From assembly GCA_965216875.1 (NCBI GenBank), contig OZ244207.1, forward strand, positions 4,224,001 through 4,288,000: 64,000 nt of DNA, read 5' to 3'. Made by a program: the position numbers and the translations under genes. The DNA is from Rubripirellula sp. (GTDB lineage Bacteria > Planctomycetota > Planctomycetia > Pirellulales > Pirellulaceae). Shown here piece by piece: positions 20,943-31,405 of the stretch. Within the stretch, counting starts at the first letter, position 1. Every line of letters begins with the position of its first letter. The notes under the pieces are model-generated. The model did no database searches. It had not been told where the DNA came from and saw only the letters and a list, made by a program, of their open reading frames with translations.

Positions 20943-22978
20943 TGGCTTTCCTTCAACCCCTGTTTTTCTACGCGCTCGCGGCGCTAGCGATCCCGCTAGT
21001 GTTGCACTTGATATCGCGTTGGCAAAGCAAGAAGGTCGAATTGGGCACCACACGTTTCTTGCTCGAAATCCTGAACGACCAAGCACACCGAAAACGAATT
21101 CGCCGCTGGTTGCTTCTTGCCACGCGCATGGCGCTCATCGCGTTGGCGGTGTTCTTGTTTGTCCGTCCATCGCTGCCGCGAACGTCGCGCCGGGATGGCG
21201 ACCGAATGCGTCTGATCTTGGTTGATCGTTCCGCAAGCATGTCGGTGCGCAGTGGAGCGAGCGGACGCCTTGTCGATGAAGCTGTTTCGAAGGCTCGTGA
21301 ATCAATCGACGAACTCGGCCCCGACGCGAGGATCGAACTAGCATTCTTCGATTCAGGTGTTCAGCCGATTGCGGATCGCACCGACTGGAGTGCACCCAAA
21401 TCGTTGCTTGGCGGAACACGGCTCGTCGACGCAATGCGTTGGGCGCGCGATCGCTGCTTGGCAATGCCAAACAACCGCGCCGACGTTGTCGTCATCTCCG
21501 ACCTACAACGCTGCGGCCTCGACGGCGCCGAAGATATCGAAATGCCAGCCGACATCGATGTGCACTTAGTAGATGTGGGACGCGAAGTTTCCGACAACTT
21601 GGCCGTCTTGGGATTGCGCGTTCCCCCCGGTATGCACCTTCCCGAAAGTCCTTTGAAGGTCAGCGGCACGATCTTCAACTTCGGCCCCGCCGATCACGTC
21701 GATATTCCCGTGATCGTGACGGCGCGCGACAAGTCGGCCAAACACTATGTCCGCAAAACGGTCACGATTCCCTCCCAGCAAGCGGTCGACGTTGACGCCG
21801 AATTCGCGTCACTCGCGCCGGGACGCTGGGAAATCACGCTCGATGTCGATTACGAAGACGATTTGCTCGATGACAATCGTCGTCGCAGTGCCGCGATGGT
21901 TGCCACCCCCGCCCGAGTCCTGGTTCTTGACGGCGGTAACAAGCGACGCGACGAAACGTACTTCCTTCGAACCGCCCTGTCGGCACGCAAGATTGATCTC
22001 GAAAACCTTGCCAGCGAACTCCGTCAACTCGAAGAAGCGGGAGACGATCCTGAAACCGCGGCGCGTGGTTCTCGTTTTGCCCCCGATGTGATCTATCTCG
22101 ACGAAGCGACAACGCTTCCCGATTTGGATGGTTACCCGCTGGTTGTCATCGCAGATCCCGGCCAGATGTTGGCGGCCGAAATCGAAGCCCTTCACGACTA
22201 TGTCGATGGCGGTGGGCGAATGCTCGTCTTTGCGGGCAAACGACTCGCCGAATCGGCCTCGCGTGAATGGGAAGCATCGGGCTTGGCTCCAGGAGTCATT
22301 TCCACGCCACGTCGCGCTGGCGCGGTTCCCTACCGCATGACGACTTGGCATCGCGATCATCCGATGCTCGAACCTTTCGCCGACCCTCAGCACGGCGATC
22401 TTTCGCGGCTCGCATTCCACTCGGCCGTTCCCGTAAAGCCTTCCGAACAAACATTGGTGCTTGCTAGCTTCGAACCAAACTTTCCAGCGATCACACAACA
22501 CGACGTGGGCGGTGGCCGCGTGATCTGGTGCAGCGTGCCCGCGACACGAGACTTTGGCAATTGGGTCGCCAGTCCGCTTTACCTGCCGATCATGCAACAG
22601 ATGGCTGCGGATTTGTTGGGACAAACCGGCGAAGGTCCGATTCGACTTCGCGTTTGTGGTGGCACGCCCGATGCGAACGCGGGCGCAGTGATCGCCCAGG
22701 CCAAAACCGACATTCGCCAGCCTGGGTTTTATGGCGACCGCCGCACCTTGACGGTGGTGAATTTGCCTCCCGAAGAATCGGACATCACGCGGATGGAGCC
22801 AACTGAGTTTTACGAGAGTTTCTCGATCACGCCTCCGGAAGACGTAGGTGACGTCTTGCCCGAGCAAGAGAAGAAGCAAGACTCAATCGCCTACGACGAG
22901 CTTTGGCCGTGGTTAGCGGTTGCGTTTTTGGGACTGTTAGTGGGTGAGTTTTGGTTGGCCGGGCGAACGCCAGGTTAA
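20942..22978 (+). CDS. BatA-domain / vWA membrane protein
   Basis: N-terminal BatA motif (ALAIPLVLHL..F L), MIDAS DRSASM, ISDLQ, CARDB/Ig-like and GATase-like regions, C-terminal LWPWL..EFWL anchor. Confidence 0.88.
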   Translation: MAFLQPLFFYALAALAIPLVLHLISRWQSKKVELGTTRFLLEILNDQAHRKRIRRWLLLATRMALIALAVFLFVRPSLPRTSRRDGDRMRLILVDRSASMSVRSGASGRLVDEAVSKARESIDELGPDARIELAFFDSGVQPIADRTDWSAPKSLLGGTRLVDAMRWARDRCLAMPNNRADVVVISDLQRCGLDGAEDIEMPADIDVHLVDVGREVSDNLAVLGLRVPPGMHLPESPLKVSGTIFNFGPADHVDIPVIVTARDKSAKHYVRKTVTIPSQQAVDVDAEFASLAPGRWEITLDVDYEDDLLDDNRRRSAAMVATPARVLVLDGGNKRRDETYFLRTALSARKIDLENLASELRQLEEAGDDPETAARGSRFAPDVIYLDEATTLPDLDGYPLVVIADPGQMLAAEIEALHDYVDGGGRMLVFAGKRLAESASREWEASGLAPGVISTPRRAGAVPYRMTTWHRDHPMLEPFADPQHGDLSRLAFHSAVPVKPSEQTLVLASFEPNFPAITQHDVGGGRVIWCSVPATRDFGNWVASPLYLPIMQQMAADLLGQTGEGPIRLRVCGGTPDANAGAVIAQAKTDIRQPGFYGDRRTLTVVNLPPEESDITRMEPTEFYESFSITPPEDVGDVLPEQEKKQDSIAYDELWPWLAVAFLGLLVGEFWLAGRTPG

Positions 22979-23042
22979 CGAACAGTCGTTGCCGGCGGAT
23001 GTGGGCCAAAGGCGACGACATTAATCATTGCGAGGACGAGTC

Positions 23043-26000
23043 ATGAATGCGTTAGTGACGCCCCATGATGTTGTATTGCGGTTCGCCAAAGTGCGACGAG
23101 CAATCCTGACACACCGCTTACTTGCCGCTGCGATCTGTGGGGTCGGTTCGTTTGCAACCATCGTGTTGATGTTTGCGACGATCGATTTCTTCGTCGAGTT
23201 TGCGTACTCGGCCTGCTTGGTCGGATTGGGATTGTCGATCATCGTAGCCGCGTTGACGGTCGGCTTGCTCGCCTATCGTGCGATCCGGCTCGGCTCGACG
23301 CGCCGCGCGGCCGCTGAGATGGAACATCACTTTGCAACGATCGGCCAACGTCTCCGCACAACAATCGATTTGGCTGGACGCGACGGCGTCGACAAGTTGC
23401 CACTGACCACCGCACTCGCGACTGAAACGTTAGAAAAGTGCGATTCAGTCGACCTCGAAAGCATCGTGCCGCGAAAGCAAACGCTTTGGTGCGCCGTCGC
23501 AGTTGTCGGCATCATCTGCTTGCTGTTTTCGCCATCGCTCATCAGCTCAAACTGGAACACCGCGCTTGCTCGAGCCCTGGGCAGCGACCGCCCCTACACC
23601 GAACTTTCCGTTCAACCAGGTGACCTCGTGGTCGACGAAGGCACACCGGTTGAGCTGAAATTGAAACTCACCGGACGGCTCGATCGTGACGTTGCCCTGC
23701 ACGTTGGAATCCCTGGCAAGGCAGACGAGCCTTGGCAGATTGTCGACCTAAAACGCAGTGAAGGCGATGCGTCGAACGAAGCCTTTTATGTTGGCAGTCT
23801 GGGCCCCGTCAAAGAAGCTCGGATGTACCGCTTCGTGACGTCAGCGGGTCAATCAGACGTTCACGAAATCAATGTTCGCTATCCCGTGCGTATCGAAGCG
23901 ATCGAATTGACGGTCAAACGTCCCGAATACACCGGCTTGGATGATCGCGTCTATGAAAAGACCGATGTGACCGTACTGGAAGGCTCCGAAGTTGTTTGCC
24001 GCATTCGATCGCAGCGGCCACTTGATGAAGTCGACGTCGCGTTTTCGCCAGTGGGGCAATGGGACCCCGAAAAAGCGCTTCCCCCCGAAACGTTGGACGC
24101 GACAAAAAACGAAGATGGAACGCAGTGGGTGTTTCGCTTTACTGCCGGACAAGACACACGTTGGGTGATGCGTGGGGCCGACCCCGCGGGAACACCGATG
24201 GATCCGGTCAACGGGCAAGTAAGAGTCAAAGTCGATCGGCCACCAAAACTGCGATGGTCTTCCCCTGGCGACAGCCTGTTCGTTCACACACTGGCCGAAG
24301 TCCCCATGAGTGTTCGAGTGGAAGACGACTACGGTTTGACCGAAGCCGCCATTCGTTTCGAGATCTCTGGCAATGATGGCTACTCACTTGACGCGTTTGA
24401 CCTATCGCAAGTCGATCCCGAAGCCGGCCCGCAACCGCGAAAGGTTCTCGAACAGATTCTGCCGCTCGAGCATTTCCCGCTTACCGAAAAAGACTATGTC
24501 GCCTACTACGCCTATGCGATCGACAATCGACCGGGCGAACCGCAGTACGTCGAAAGCGAACGTCGCTACATCGACATTCGCCAATTGAAGTTGGACGTCC
24601 TGCTTCCCGACGAGGAACAAGACAACGACGGCCAGGCCCGCGAAGCACTCGCATCGCTGGATGAACTGATTGGACGTCAGCGATACCTGATCAATCGCAC
24701 GCGAACACTACGCTCGATGGACGAAGAAGAGCTTACAGAGAAACTTGGACTGCTCGATCGTCATGTCAGTAGGCAAACCGATCTGGCGGACATCACGCGT
24801 TTGGTCGCCGAACGACTGCAAGAGCGTGGCAACGACAATCTGGACGCCATGTTCCAGGCCGAAGGTTCGATGATTCAGGCTGCCGACTCGTTGACACTTG
24901 CCGACTTCGAATCGGCTCTTCCACAACAGGAAGACGCGCAGCGATTCTTGGTCGAAGCGCGCACTGAACTCGAACGTCGACTTGGCAATGGCGGGCAACG
25001 ACGAAGTGTCGCTGGGCAGCGGAACAACATGACGATGCTTCGCATGGTTCGCCAACGACTGCGACGCGAAGGCGAAAACGGCGAGGCCGCGGCGGCCCGC
25101 CAATTGGTGGCCCGCATCCGCGGCGTCGCATCGAGCCAACTGAACATCGCCGCTGAAATGCAGTCTCAATCCGCTGGTGGCTCGTCGTCGCAAGAACCCG
25201 ACGATGCCGATCCAACACCGGATACACAGGATTCAAACCAACCCGACTCCAACCAAGATCCTCAATCGCAACAAGATCCTGAGTCACCACCAAGCGATCA
25301 GGCGAGCGACGAATCCGATCCGGCTGACAGCCCCGGCGATGGGCAGGATCCTGATACCAACGAGGCGCAGGAACCCGAGGATCCAGAGGAAACGCCAGCA
25401 CAAACCCTGGCCGAGCGTCAAACGGAATTGCTTGATGAATTGAACGAGATCCAAGACGAAATCGCCAACATGTCATGGCCTTCCGAATTGGTACCGGATC
25501 GTGCTGACGCGGCGGTCGAAAAAATGGACGACCTCACCGCAGAAGTCAGTGGCTCGCAACCATCGGCCGACAAAGTCGAAACCGAATCGAAGCAACTCGC
25601 TGGCGCTTTGATGGAACTTGCGCTCAACATCGAATTGGTGAATCCTCCCGAACCGTCCGGGCGGCTCTCGGGAACGCGTGACCTGACGGCGTCGTTGGCA
25701 ATGCTTGAACAGGAACTTGCAGCGACCGCACGTCAAGCGAATCCGGACGATGATACCGACATGGAAGAAGAGATCGAGCAACAAGCCAGTGACGTTCGCA
25801 GTCGTGCGGAAACGCTTGAGGATGTTGCCCGCGCAGCTGCTGATGCAAACGATGCGGGGTCCGAGCAATTCGCTGACGCGATCGCTCAGTGGCTCGCCGA
25901 AAACCCATTGCTCGACACCGCGGGCGTTTCCAAAGAAAAGGCGGAAGAGCTCGAACAGTCGGATCGCAAGGGCGGCTTGGCTGAAGAAACTGCCGACGAA

Positions 26001-26438
26001 CGCGAAGAGCGAGCTGGAAAGTTAAATGAGATGGCCGATTCGCTAAACAACGCCATGCGAGAAATGCTCGAACCGGAACTCGAACGATTGCGTCAACTCG
26101 AACAACAAGGTGCACAGCTCGCCGAACAGATGGATCAAGAAGGAAGCGCATCCGAAGGCGAGGTCGCCGAGTTTGCCGAAGACCTTCAAAAAGGCAAGTT
26201 CGAGGAGTCATCTGAGAAAATCATGCAGTCGCTGGCCAATGGCCCATCTGGTGACTCGGCGCTTCGTGAGAACTTGGGCGTGCGTGGAGCCGTGCGTTAT
26301 GCCAACGACGCGATCCGCGAACGCATCCGTGAACTGATTTTGCGTGAAGTCGAAGCGGACCGCGATGGTCCCGTCCCACCGGAATACCGCACCGCGGTTG
26401 ACGACTACTTCCGACGCGTGATTGATTTGGCCAAGTAG
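23043..26438 (+). CDS. large DUF4175-like membrane protein (Ig-like plus coiled coil)
   Basis: Three N-terminal TM helices, PEYTGL, VEDDYGL, acidic Q/D/P linker, C-terminal VPPEYRTAVDDYF. Confidence 0.75.
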   Translation: MNALVTPHDVVLRFAKVRRAILTHRLLAAAICGVGSFATIVLMFATIDFFVEFAYSACLVGLGLSIIVAALTVGLLAYRAIRLGSTRRAAAEMEHHFATIGQRLRTTIDLAGRDGVDKLPLTTALATETLEKCDSVDLESIVPRKQTLWCAVAVVGIICLLFSPSLISSNWNTALARALGSDRPYTELSVQPGDLVVDEGTPVELKLKLTGRLDRDVALHVGIPGKADEPWQIVDLKRSEGDASNEAFYVGSLGPVKEARMYRFVTSAGQSDVHEINVRYPVRIEAIELTVKRPEYTGLDDRVYEKTDVTVLEGSEVVCRIRSQRPLDEVDVAFSPVGQWDPEKALPPETLDATKNEDGTQWVFRFTAGQDTRWVMRGADPAGTPMDPVNGQVRVKVDRPPKLRWSSPGDSLFVHTLAEVPMSVRVEDDYGLTEAAIRFEISGNDGYSLDAFDLSQVDPEAGPQPRKVLEQILPLEHFPLTEKDYVAYYAYAIDNRPGEPQYVESERRYIDIRQLKLDVLLPDEEQDNDGQAREALASLDELIGRQRYLINRTRTLRSMDEEELTEKLGLLDRHVSRQTDLADITRLVAERLQERGNDNLDAMFQAEGSMIQAADSLTLADFESALPQQEDAQRFLVEARTELERRLGNGGQRRSVAGQRNNMTMLRMVRQRLRREGENGEAAAARQLVARIRGVASSQLNIAAEMQSQSAGGSSSQEPDDADPTPDTQDSNQPDSNQDPQSQQDPESPPSDQASDESDPADSPGDGQDPDTNEAQEPEDPEETPAQTLAERQTELLDELNEIQDEIANMSWPSELVPDRADAAVEKMDDLTAEVSGSQPSADKVETESKQLAGALMELALNIELVNPPEPSGRLSGTRDLTASLAMLEQELAATARQANPDDDTDMEEEIEQQASDVRSRAETLEDVARAAADANDAGSEQFADAIAQWLAENPLLDTAGVSKEKAEELEQSDRKGGLAEETADEREERAGKLNEMADSLNNAMREMLEPELERLRQLEQQGAQLAEQMDQEGSASEGEVAEFAEDLQKGKFEESSEKIMQSLANGPSGDSALRENLGVRGAVRYANDAIRERIRELILREVEADRDGPVPPEYRTAVDDYFRRVIDLAK

Positions 26439-26443
26439 ACAAC

Positions 26444-28846
26444 ATGGACATGCAAACCAACTTTGCCTGGAACGCGCCACTACCAGCAATCTTGCTGGCA
26501 GCGATCTTGCTGTGCGTTGCGGCGGCCATCGTCTTGATTCATCTCTTTGGCAAGTCGCCGTATGGCGAACGCCCTCGAGGACTTCTCGCCTTGCGGTTTG
26601 TCGTCATCGTCTTGGTTGCGTTGATCCTGCTGGGGCCGACGCTGGTCAGCAAACAGATGGGAAAAGAACGGCGAAGCGAGTTGTTCTTTTTGGTCGACAC
26701 TTCACGCAGCATGGATGTTGGCGACGACAAGACGCGATTGCAGCAATCGGTCGACTTTGTTCGCGAGGGCTATCGCTTGGCTGGCGTCGAGGCGAGCCAA
26801 AACACCCAAGCGTTTCGTTTCGGACATCGCATCGCTCAGGTTGACGTCAACGATGGCGACTCAATCGCCGCCAAGGCGACCGACACACGCTTGGCCGATG
26901 GATTGCGTCAAGCGGCATCCCGTTTCGGTTCGACCAAACCGGCAGGCATCGTCGTTGTCAGCGATGGTCGCGTGCGTTCGGCCGAAGCCGTCGAACAAAT
27001 GGCCAAACGTTTGGGTGAAACCGACATTCCCATTCACGTTGTCCCCGTTGGTGTCGAGGGCAGTGGCGGTGACGTTGCCGTGATCTCGGCCGTTGTCCCA
27101 ACCCGTGTTCGCAAGTTTTCCGATTGCGAAGTCCAGGTCTTCATCCGCAGCTTCGGGATGTCTGGAAAGCGGACCGAGGTTCGTGTGATCAATGCCGATT
27201 CGGTCGTGAGTGATCCCGAACTTGCCACGATCGCAAAAGTGCCGCTCACTCTTGTCGGCGGCGCCCAAGCGGTCAGTTTGCCGGTGCACATGGACGATCG
27301 CGCCAAGAACATCAAAGTGATGATCGACCCGCTTGAAGACGAACTCTCGACAAGCAACAACACGGCCGGCGCTCAAATCGCAATCGACAACACCAAAATT
27401 CGCGTCCTCTATCTCGAGGGCGATCCAACCGTTCGCACCATCGCACGATTGCGGCAATCCATCTTTGGGCTTTCCACGCAACCGCCCGAATCGCCTGTCA
27501 AACGAGCACTTTCCGAAGATGAAGACATCGAGTGCATCGTTCTGACGCCGGACGGTGCGGGCCAATTGACGGCCGCTTCTCCGGGCACCAATCAGATCGC
27601 TCAGTTTCCAAAATCAAGGTCGACTCTGTTTGCCTTCGACTGCGTTGTGTTGAGTAACCTTTCACCCGACGCATTGACTCCGTCACAAGCAGAGCAGCTT
27701 GCCGACTGGGTGAGCGGTCGAGGCGGTGGCTTGGTGATTGCCGGAACCGACAGCCTTGACCCGATCGCCTGGGAACGTTCGGCGCTCAACGTGACGTTGC
27801 CAGTGACGCTGCCCACACGGCTCGATCGGATGATTGACCAACCGCTTGCATTGGAAGATGAGCAACACGCCATTTGGCGACTTTCGCGAGACGAGAAAAC
27901 CAATCAACGTCTGCTCGATCAGTTGCCTGAAATGCGCGAAGTCGGGATCGGACTTCAGGCCAAGCCGCTGGCAAAGATCATTGCCTCGAGCGGGAACGAG
28001 CGTTCGGTTGTCATGGTTGCCGGACGCTATGGCCGTGGTCGCGTGGTGGTTTCATCGACGGCACTTGCCGGTAGCGATGCATCGAAGTTGTTTGACAATT
28101 GGGGTGATACACCGGGTCAAGCGGCCGGCAAGTTCTGGCGCAACCTTGTCTACTGGGCAACCGAATCATCGTCAGTGGGTAGGCGACGATTGGTGGCATC
28201 GGCTGACAAGCGATTCTATCGACCGGGTGATGCGATCAAGTTGGTCGGCCGAGCGTATGACGAAACGGCTCGCACCACCAACAACTATCGCATTTGGTGC
28301 ATGCTCGAACCGCTCGACCTCAGTGACATGTCGCTTTACGGACCGGTGCTTTGGCCGGACGGTCAACCTCGCATCTCAGGCGAAACGGGCCCCCGAATCG
28401 CTTGGGGCGAAGAGTTTATGTTGCGACGATCGGCCCAAACCAACGAATACGAGTTGCCACTGTTGCTGAGCGAAAATGACTCGGGAAGCGATGGTGGATT
28501 CCGCGTCGAACTGACCGCCTTTGAAGGTGAAGAACCGAACGACGGATTCAGTCATGGAACGCAGGTCGACAGTACCTCGCTTGAAATCCGCGTGCTCAGC
28601 GACCCCTTCGAGATGCGGAACCCACTGCCCAATCACGATCTGCTTCGCCGCGTGGCGTCAGTGTCGGGGGGCGAAGTCCTCGAATCGCCCGAGGAGTTAG
28701 CAGACATTTTGAGCCGCCGCAGCGTTTCGCGCGAAGCTCCAACGGAATCACGTCAGCCGGCTTGGAGCCGGTGGTGGGTCCTGTGTGGCCTGATAGGACT
28801 GTTGTCGATCGACTGGATTTGGCGACGGCTGATTGGAATGGCGTGA
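26444..28846 (+). CDS. vWA plus glutamine-amidotransferase-like (DUF1355-type) membrane protein
   Basis: MIDAS DTSRSM, VVSDG, RVLYLEG, GRGGGLVIAG, GRYGRGRVVV, PNHDLLRRVA and C-terminal WIWRR TM anchor. Confidence 0.82.
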   Translation: MDMQTNFAWNAPLPAILLAAILLCVAAAIVLIHLFGKSPYGERPRGLLALRFVVIVLVALILLGPTLVSKQMGKERRSELFFLVDTSRSMDVGDDKTRLQQSVDFVREGYRLAGVEASQNTQAFRFGHRIAQVDVNDGDSIAAKATDTRLADGLRQAASRFGSTKPAGIVVVSDGRVRSAEAVEQMAKRLGETDIPIHVVPVGVEGSGGDVAVISAVVPTRVRKFSDCEVQVFIRSFGMSGKRTEVRVINADSVVSDPELATIAKVPLTLVGGAQAVSLPVHMDDRAKNIKVMIDPLEDELSTSNNTAGAQIAIDNTKIRVLYLEGDPTVRTIARLRQSIFGLSTQPPESPVKRALSEDEDIECIVLTPDGAGQLTAASPGTNQIAQFPKSRSTLFAFDCVVLSNLSPDALTPSQAEQLADWVSGRGGGLVIAGTDSLDPIAWERSALNVTLPVTLPTRLDRMIDQPLALEDEQHAIWRLSRDEKTNQRLLDQLPEMREVGIGLQAKPLAKIIASSGNERSVVMVAGRYGRGRVVVSSTALAGSDASKLFDNWGDTPGQAAGKFWRNLVYWATESSSVGRRRLVASADKRFYRPGDAIKLVGRAYDETARTTNNYRIWCMLEPLDLSDMSLYGPVLWPDGQPRISGETGPRIAWGEEFMLRRSAQTNEYELPLLLSENDSGSDGGFRVELTAFEGEEPNDGFSHGTQVDSTSLEIRVLSDPFEMRNPLPNHDLLRRVASVSGGEVLESPEELADILSRRSVSREAPTESRQPAWSRWWVLCGLIGLLSIDWIWRRLIGMA

Positions 28847-28860
28847 GAGATATTTGCAGT

Positions 28861-28908
28861 TTGACAATCGATGGCCCAACGGCCAAAATGGTTTCAGACG
28901 TGATGTCT
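28861..28908 (+). promoter_or_regulatory. sigma70-like promoter of blaI with AGAC-N5-GTCT operator
   Basis: TTGACA (28861), 17-nt spacer, CAAAAT (28884). AGACgtgatGTCT at 28896-28908 overlaps the predicted transcription start. Confidence 0.65.
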
Positions 28909-29005
28909 ATGGGGATGCAAAGCATCGACACGTTTTGCGGGGTGGGCAAACCGTTGTTGACTTCATTTTCCGCGCAAACCCTTTTACGAATGCGAGGCGG
29001 CCACG

Positions 29006-29413
29006 ATGCCGCGAAAACCACAAGACGTAACTGACGCAGAACTGGCCGTTCTGGAACATCTTTGGCAAACGGGCGGATCGACCGTTCGTTTGCTGGCCGA
29101 AAACCTATACGGATCCTCGACAGCTTCGGATTTAGCAACCATCCAGAAGCTGCTCGAACGTCTGGAAGCGAAAAAATGCGTCTCGCGAGACCGAGACCAA
29201 TGGCCCCACCGATTTGAAGCCATCATCCAGCGAAGTGACTTGATCGAGCGACGCTTGCAAGACACCGCGGACGAGCTTTGTGGCGGATCTTTGAGCCCGT
29301 TGCTGACGCATCTGGTAAAGTCAGAGAAATTGGGGCCTGGCGAACGTGATCAATTGCGTGACCTGCTCACCGATTTGAGCAAAGAACCGCGACGCGGCAA
29401 AAAGCGATCGTAA
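29006..29413 (+). CDS. blaI: BlaI/MecI/CopY family transcriptional repressor
   Basis: VTDAELAVLEHLW, TVR, TIQKLLERLEAKK, CGGSLSPLLTHLV; directly upstream of an M56 gene. Confidence 0.93.
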   Translation: MPRKPQDVTDAELAVLEHLWQTGGSTVRLLAENLYGSSTASDLATIQKLLERLEAKKCVSRDRDQWPHRFEAIIQRSDLIERRLQDTADELCGGSLSPLLTHLVKSEKLGPGERDQLRDLLTDLSKEPRRGKKRS

Positions 29414-29423
29414 CGTTAGGTAG

Positions 29424-31352
29424 ATGCCGATGAACGCAATCATCGCAGTGTTACTACTCAACGCTGTCCTCGTCGTTCCCATCGCCATTTTGGCTTGGGT
29501 CACGATGCGATTGTTTCGGCGTCCCGCGATCGCCCACGCCTTGTGGGTATTGGCTCTCGTCAAACTGCTCACGCCGCCCCTGGTGTCGCCTGAGTGGATT
29601 GTCGACCCACAAACCTACCCAACGCTCGCCGCGATTCTGCCGAGCGCCCATCCGGTCGATCGACCGGCAGGCACCGATGCCCCCGTGGTGATCCCCGCAC
29701 CGTCGCAAGATGTCGGTGAGCTGGGCAGCGGCAAGAACGCCACGTTGATCCAACGATTCGAATCGTCACCCTCCACCTTGGTGACTCCCGCCGCATGGTC
29801 GGTTGTCGGACTCATTTGGATCACGGGAAGCTTGGTCTGCCTCGGGTTGTTCCTTCGACGAATCGGCTTGGTCGGTCGATTGATTCGTTCAAGCGGCCAT
29901 CACGACTCGCGGGCCAGCGCGATGGCGGAGTCACTCTTTGGCGTGAGCCTGCGAACACCTCCGCGCGTGATTCTGGTCGATGCAGTGATTTCGCCGACGT
30001 TGATCGGTGTTGGTCCGTGGACCAGCATCCTTTACCCACGCACACTGTGGGACGAGCTGCCAGGGCGTCAACGCGATGGTTTGCTCCTGCATGAATTGGA
30101 ACACTTTCGCCGCGGCGATCATTGGGTGCGTCTGCTTGAAGCTGCCGCTCGGATCGTCTTTTGGTGGCATCCGGTCATCTGGTGGGCGCGGCACCATATC
30201 GAGTTGACAGAAGAATCGTGCTGCGATGCCGTTGCCGCACGCGCAAGTGATGATGACATCTCGTATGCCGAAGCGCTGCTGACGACGCTCGATTTCATCA
30301 ACGATCCCCATTGGTCGCCAAGTGTCCCGCTCACGACCGGTGCGAGTGGTCGGCTGCCGATGATGGAACAACGGTTGCGACAGATCGTGCGTCATTCCAT
30401 CGCCGGGCGACTGTCGCATGCCACGCGTTTTGCACTCGTCGCGATCGCCCTCTTCGTCTTGCCGATTCAGCCGTTGCTATTGGGCGGACGCACAACCAGT
30501 TCGGTGTCGTTCACGCGTCCCCTGTCCGGCTTGCCGCTGGCTCAGCCCAAGACAATCACGTCGACTCCAATCGTTTCGATCACCGAACCGATTTATTCGG
30601 TCGAGGATTTGCCGCCAGCCCCCAAGGGATGGTGGAGTGAACAACCGGTTCCAGCCTGGGAACACAGCCCCATCGCCGATGACCCTGACGCGGCGCGATT
30701 GATTGTCGATGCAAGTGGCAAAATCCTGCTCAAGGGTGGCAACGTTGACGGGACCATTGACCTGAGTAGCCACCAAATCACCGCCGCCGCTTTTTGGCAG
30801 TCTTCAAAACGATTGATCACTGGCGACGCCAATGGCAACGTGCGGATGTGGGACGTGGCCTCAGGCGAGCCTGTCACGAAGTTCGGGAAACACCACACCG
30901 AAGTCACGAGCTTGGCCATCAGTGGCGACAACCAACTGATCACCGGCGGTCGCGATGGCACGTTGATTTCATGGGATTTGAACACGGGTGATTCACGGCA
31001 AACCTGGGCAACCAATGGTCGCCCGATTCAAAGCGTGCGACTCTTTGATCAAGGTCGAAAAATTGCCGTGATCGCGGGACAGTGGCAAACGTCGACTTCA
31101 CGCATCGTCATCCTCGATGCGAGCAACCTGGAAGCCATCTTTGATCGCGTGACCGACGGCGCGCTGGCAACATCGCGATTCGACGATGGCCAACTGACCT
31201 TCGTCGATTGGGCTGGCAACGTTTCACAGCTCGACGCGTTTGGTGATCTCGTCACGATCGGCCAGACTGCCAAAGGGCTCATTTCTGCTTACGTCTTTTC
31301 GCAAGACGCACGTGTCGAAATCACTCCTGACCAAAACGTCATTCGCTCTTAA
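29424..31352 (+). CDS. BlaR1-type M56 metallopeptidase sensor with C-terminal WD40 propeller
   Basis: ALWVLALVKLLTPP, LLHELEHFRRGDHW (HExxH), FWWHPVIWW, EESCCD. WD repeats: LITGDANGNVRMWD, LITGGRDGTLISWD. Confidence 0.9.
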   Translation: MPMNAIIAVLLLNAVLVVPIAILAWVTMRLFRRPAIAHALWVLALVKLLTPPLVSPEWIVDPQTYPTLAAILPSAHPVDRPAGTDAPVVIPAPSQDVGELGSGKNATLIQRFESSPSTLVTPAAWSVVGLIWITGSLVCLGLFLRRIGLVGRLIRSSGHHDSRASAMAESLFGVSLRTPPRVILVDAVISPTLIGVGPWTSILYPRTLWDELPGRQRDGLLLHELEHFRRGDHWVRLLEAAARIVFWWHPVIWWARHHIELTEESCCDAVAARASDDDISYAEALLTTLDFINDPHWSPSVPLTTGASGRLPMMEQRLRQIVRHSIAGRLSHATRFALVAIALFVLPIQPLLLGGRTTSSVSFTRPLSGLPLAQPKTITSTPIVSITEPIYSVEDLPPAPKGWWSEQPVPAWEHSPIADDPDAARLIVDASGKILLKGGNVDGTIDLSSHQITAAAFWQSSKRLITGDANGNVRMWDVASGEPVTKFGKHHTEVTSLAISGDNQLITGGRDGTLISWDLNTGDSRQTWATNGRPIQSVRLFDQGRKIAVIAGQWQTSTSRIVILDASNLEAIFDRVTDGALATSRFDDGQLTFVDWAGNVSQLDAFGDLVTIGQTAKGLISAYVFSQDARVEITPDQNVIRS

Positions 31353-31405
31353 GGAACGTCGAAAGCAACCACATCGATTGTGACTGTCACTTCGTCGTCA
31401 ACAAC

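Noticed and set aside
29006..31352. Beta-lactam resistance locus
   Set aside because: No beta-lactamase or PBP gene nearby, and the sensor domain is WD40-like.
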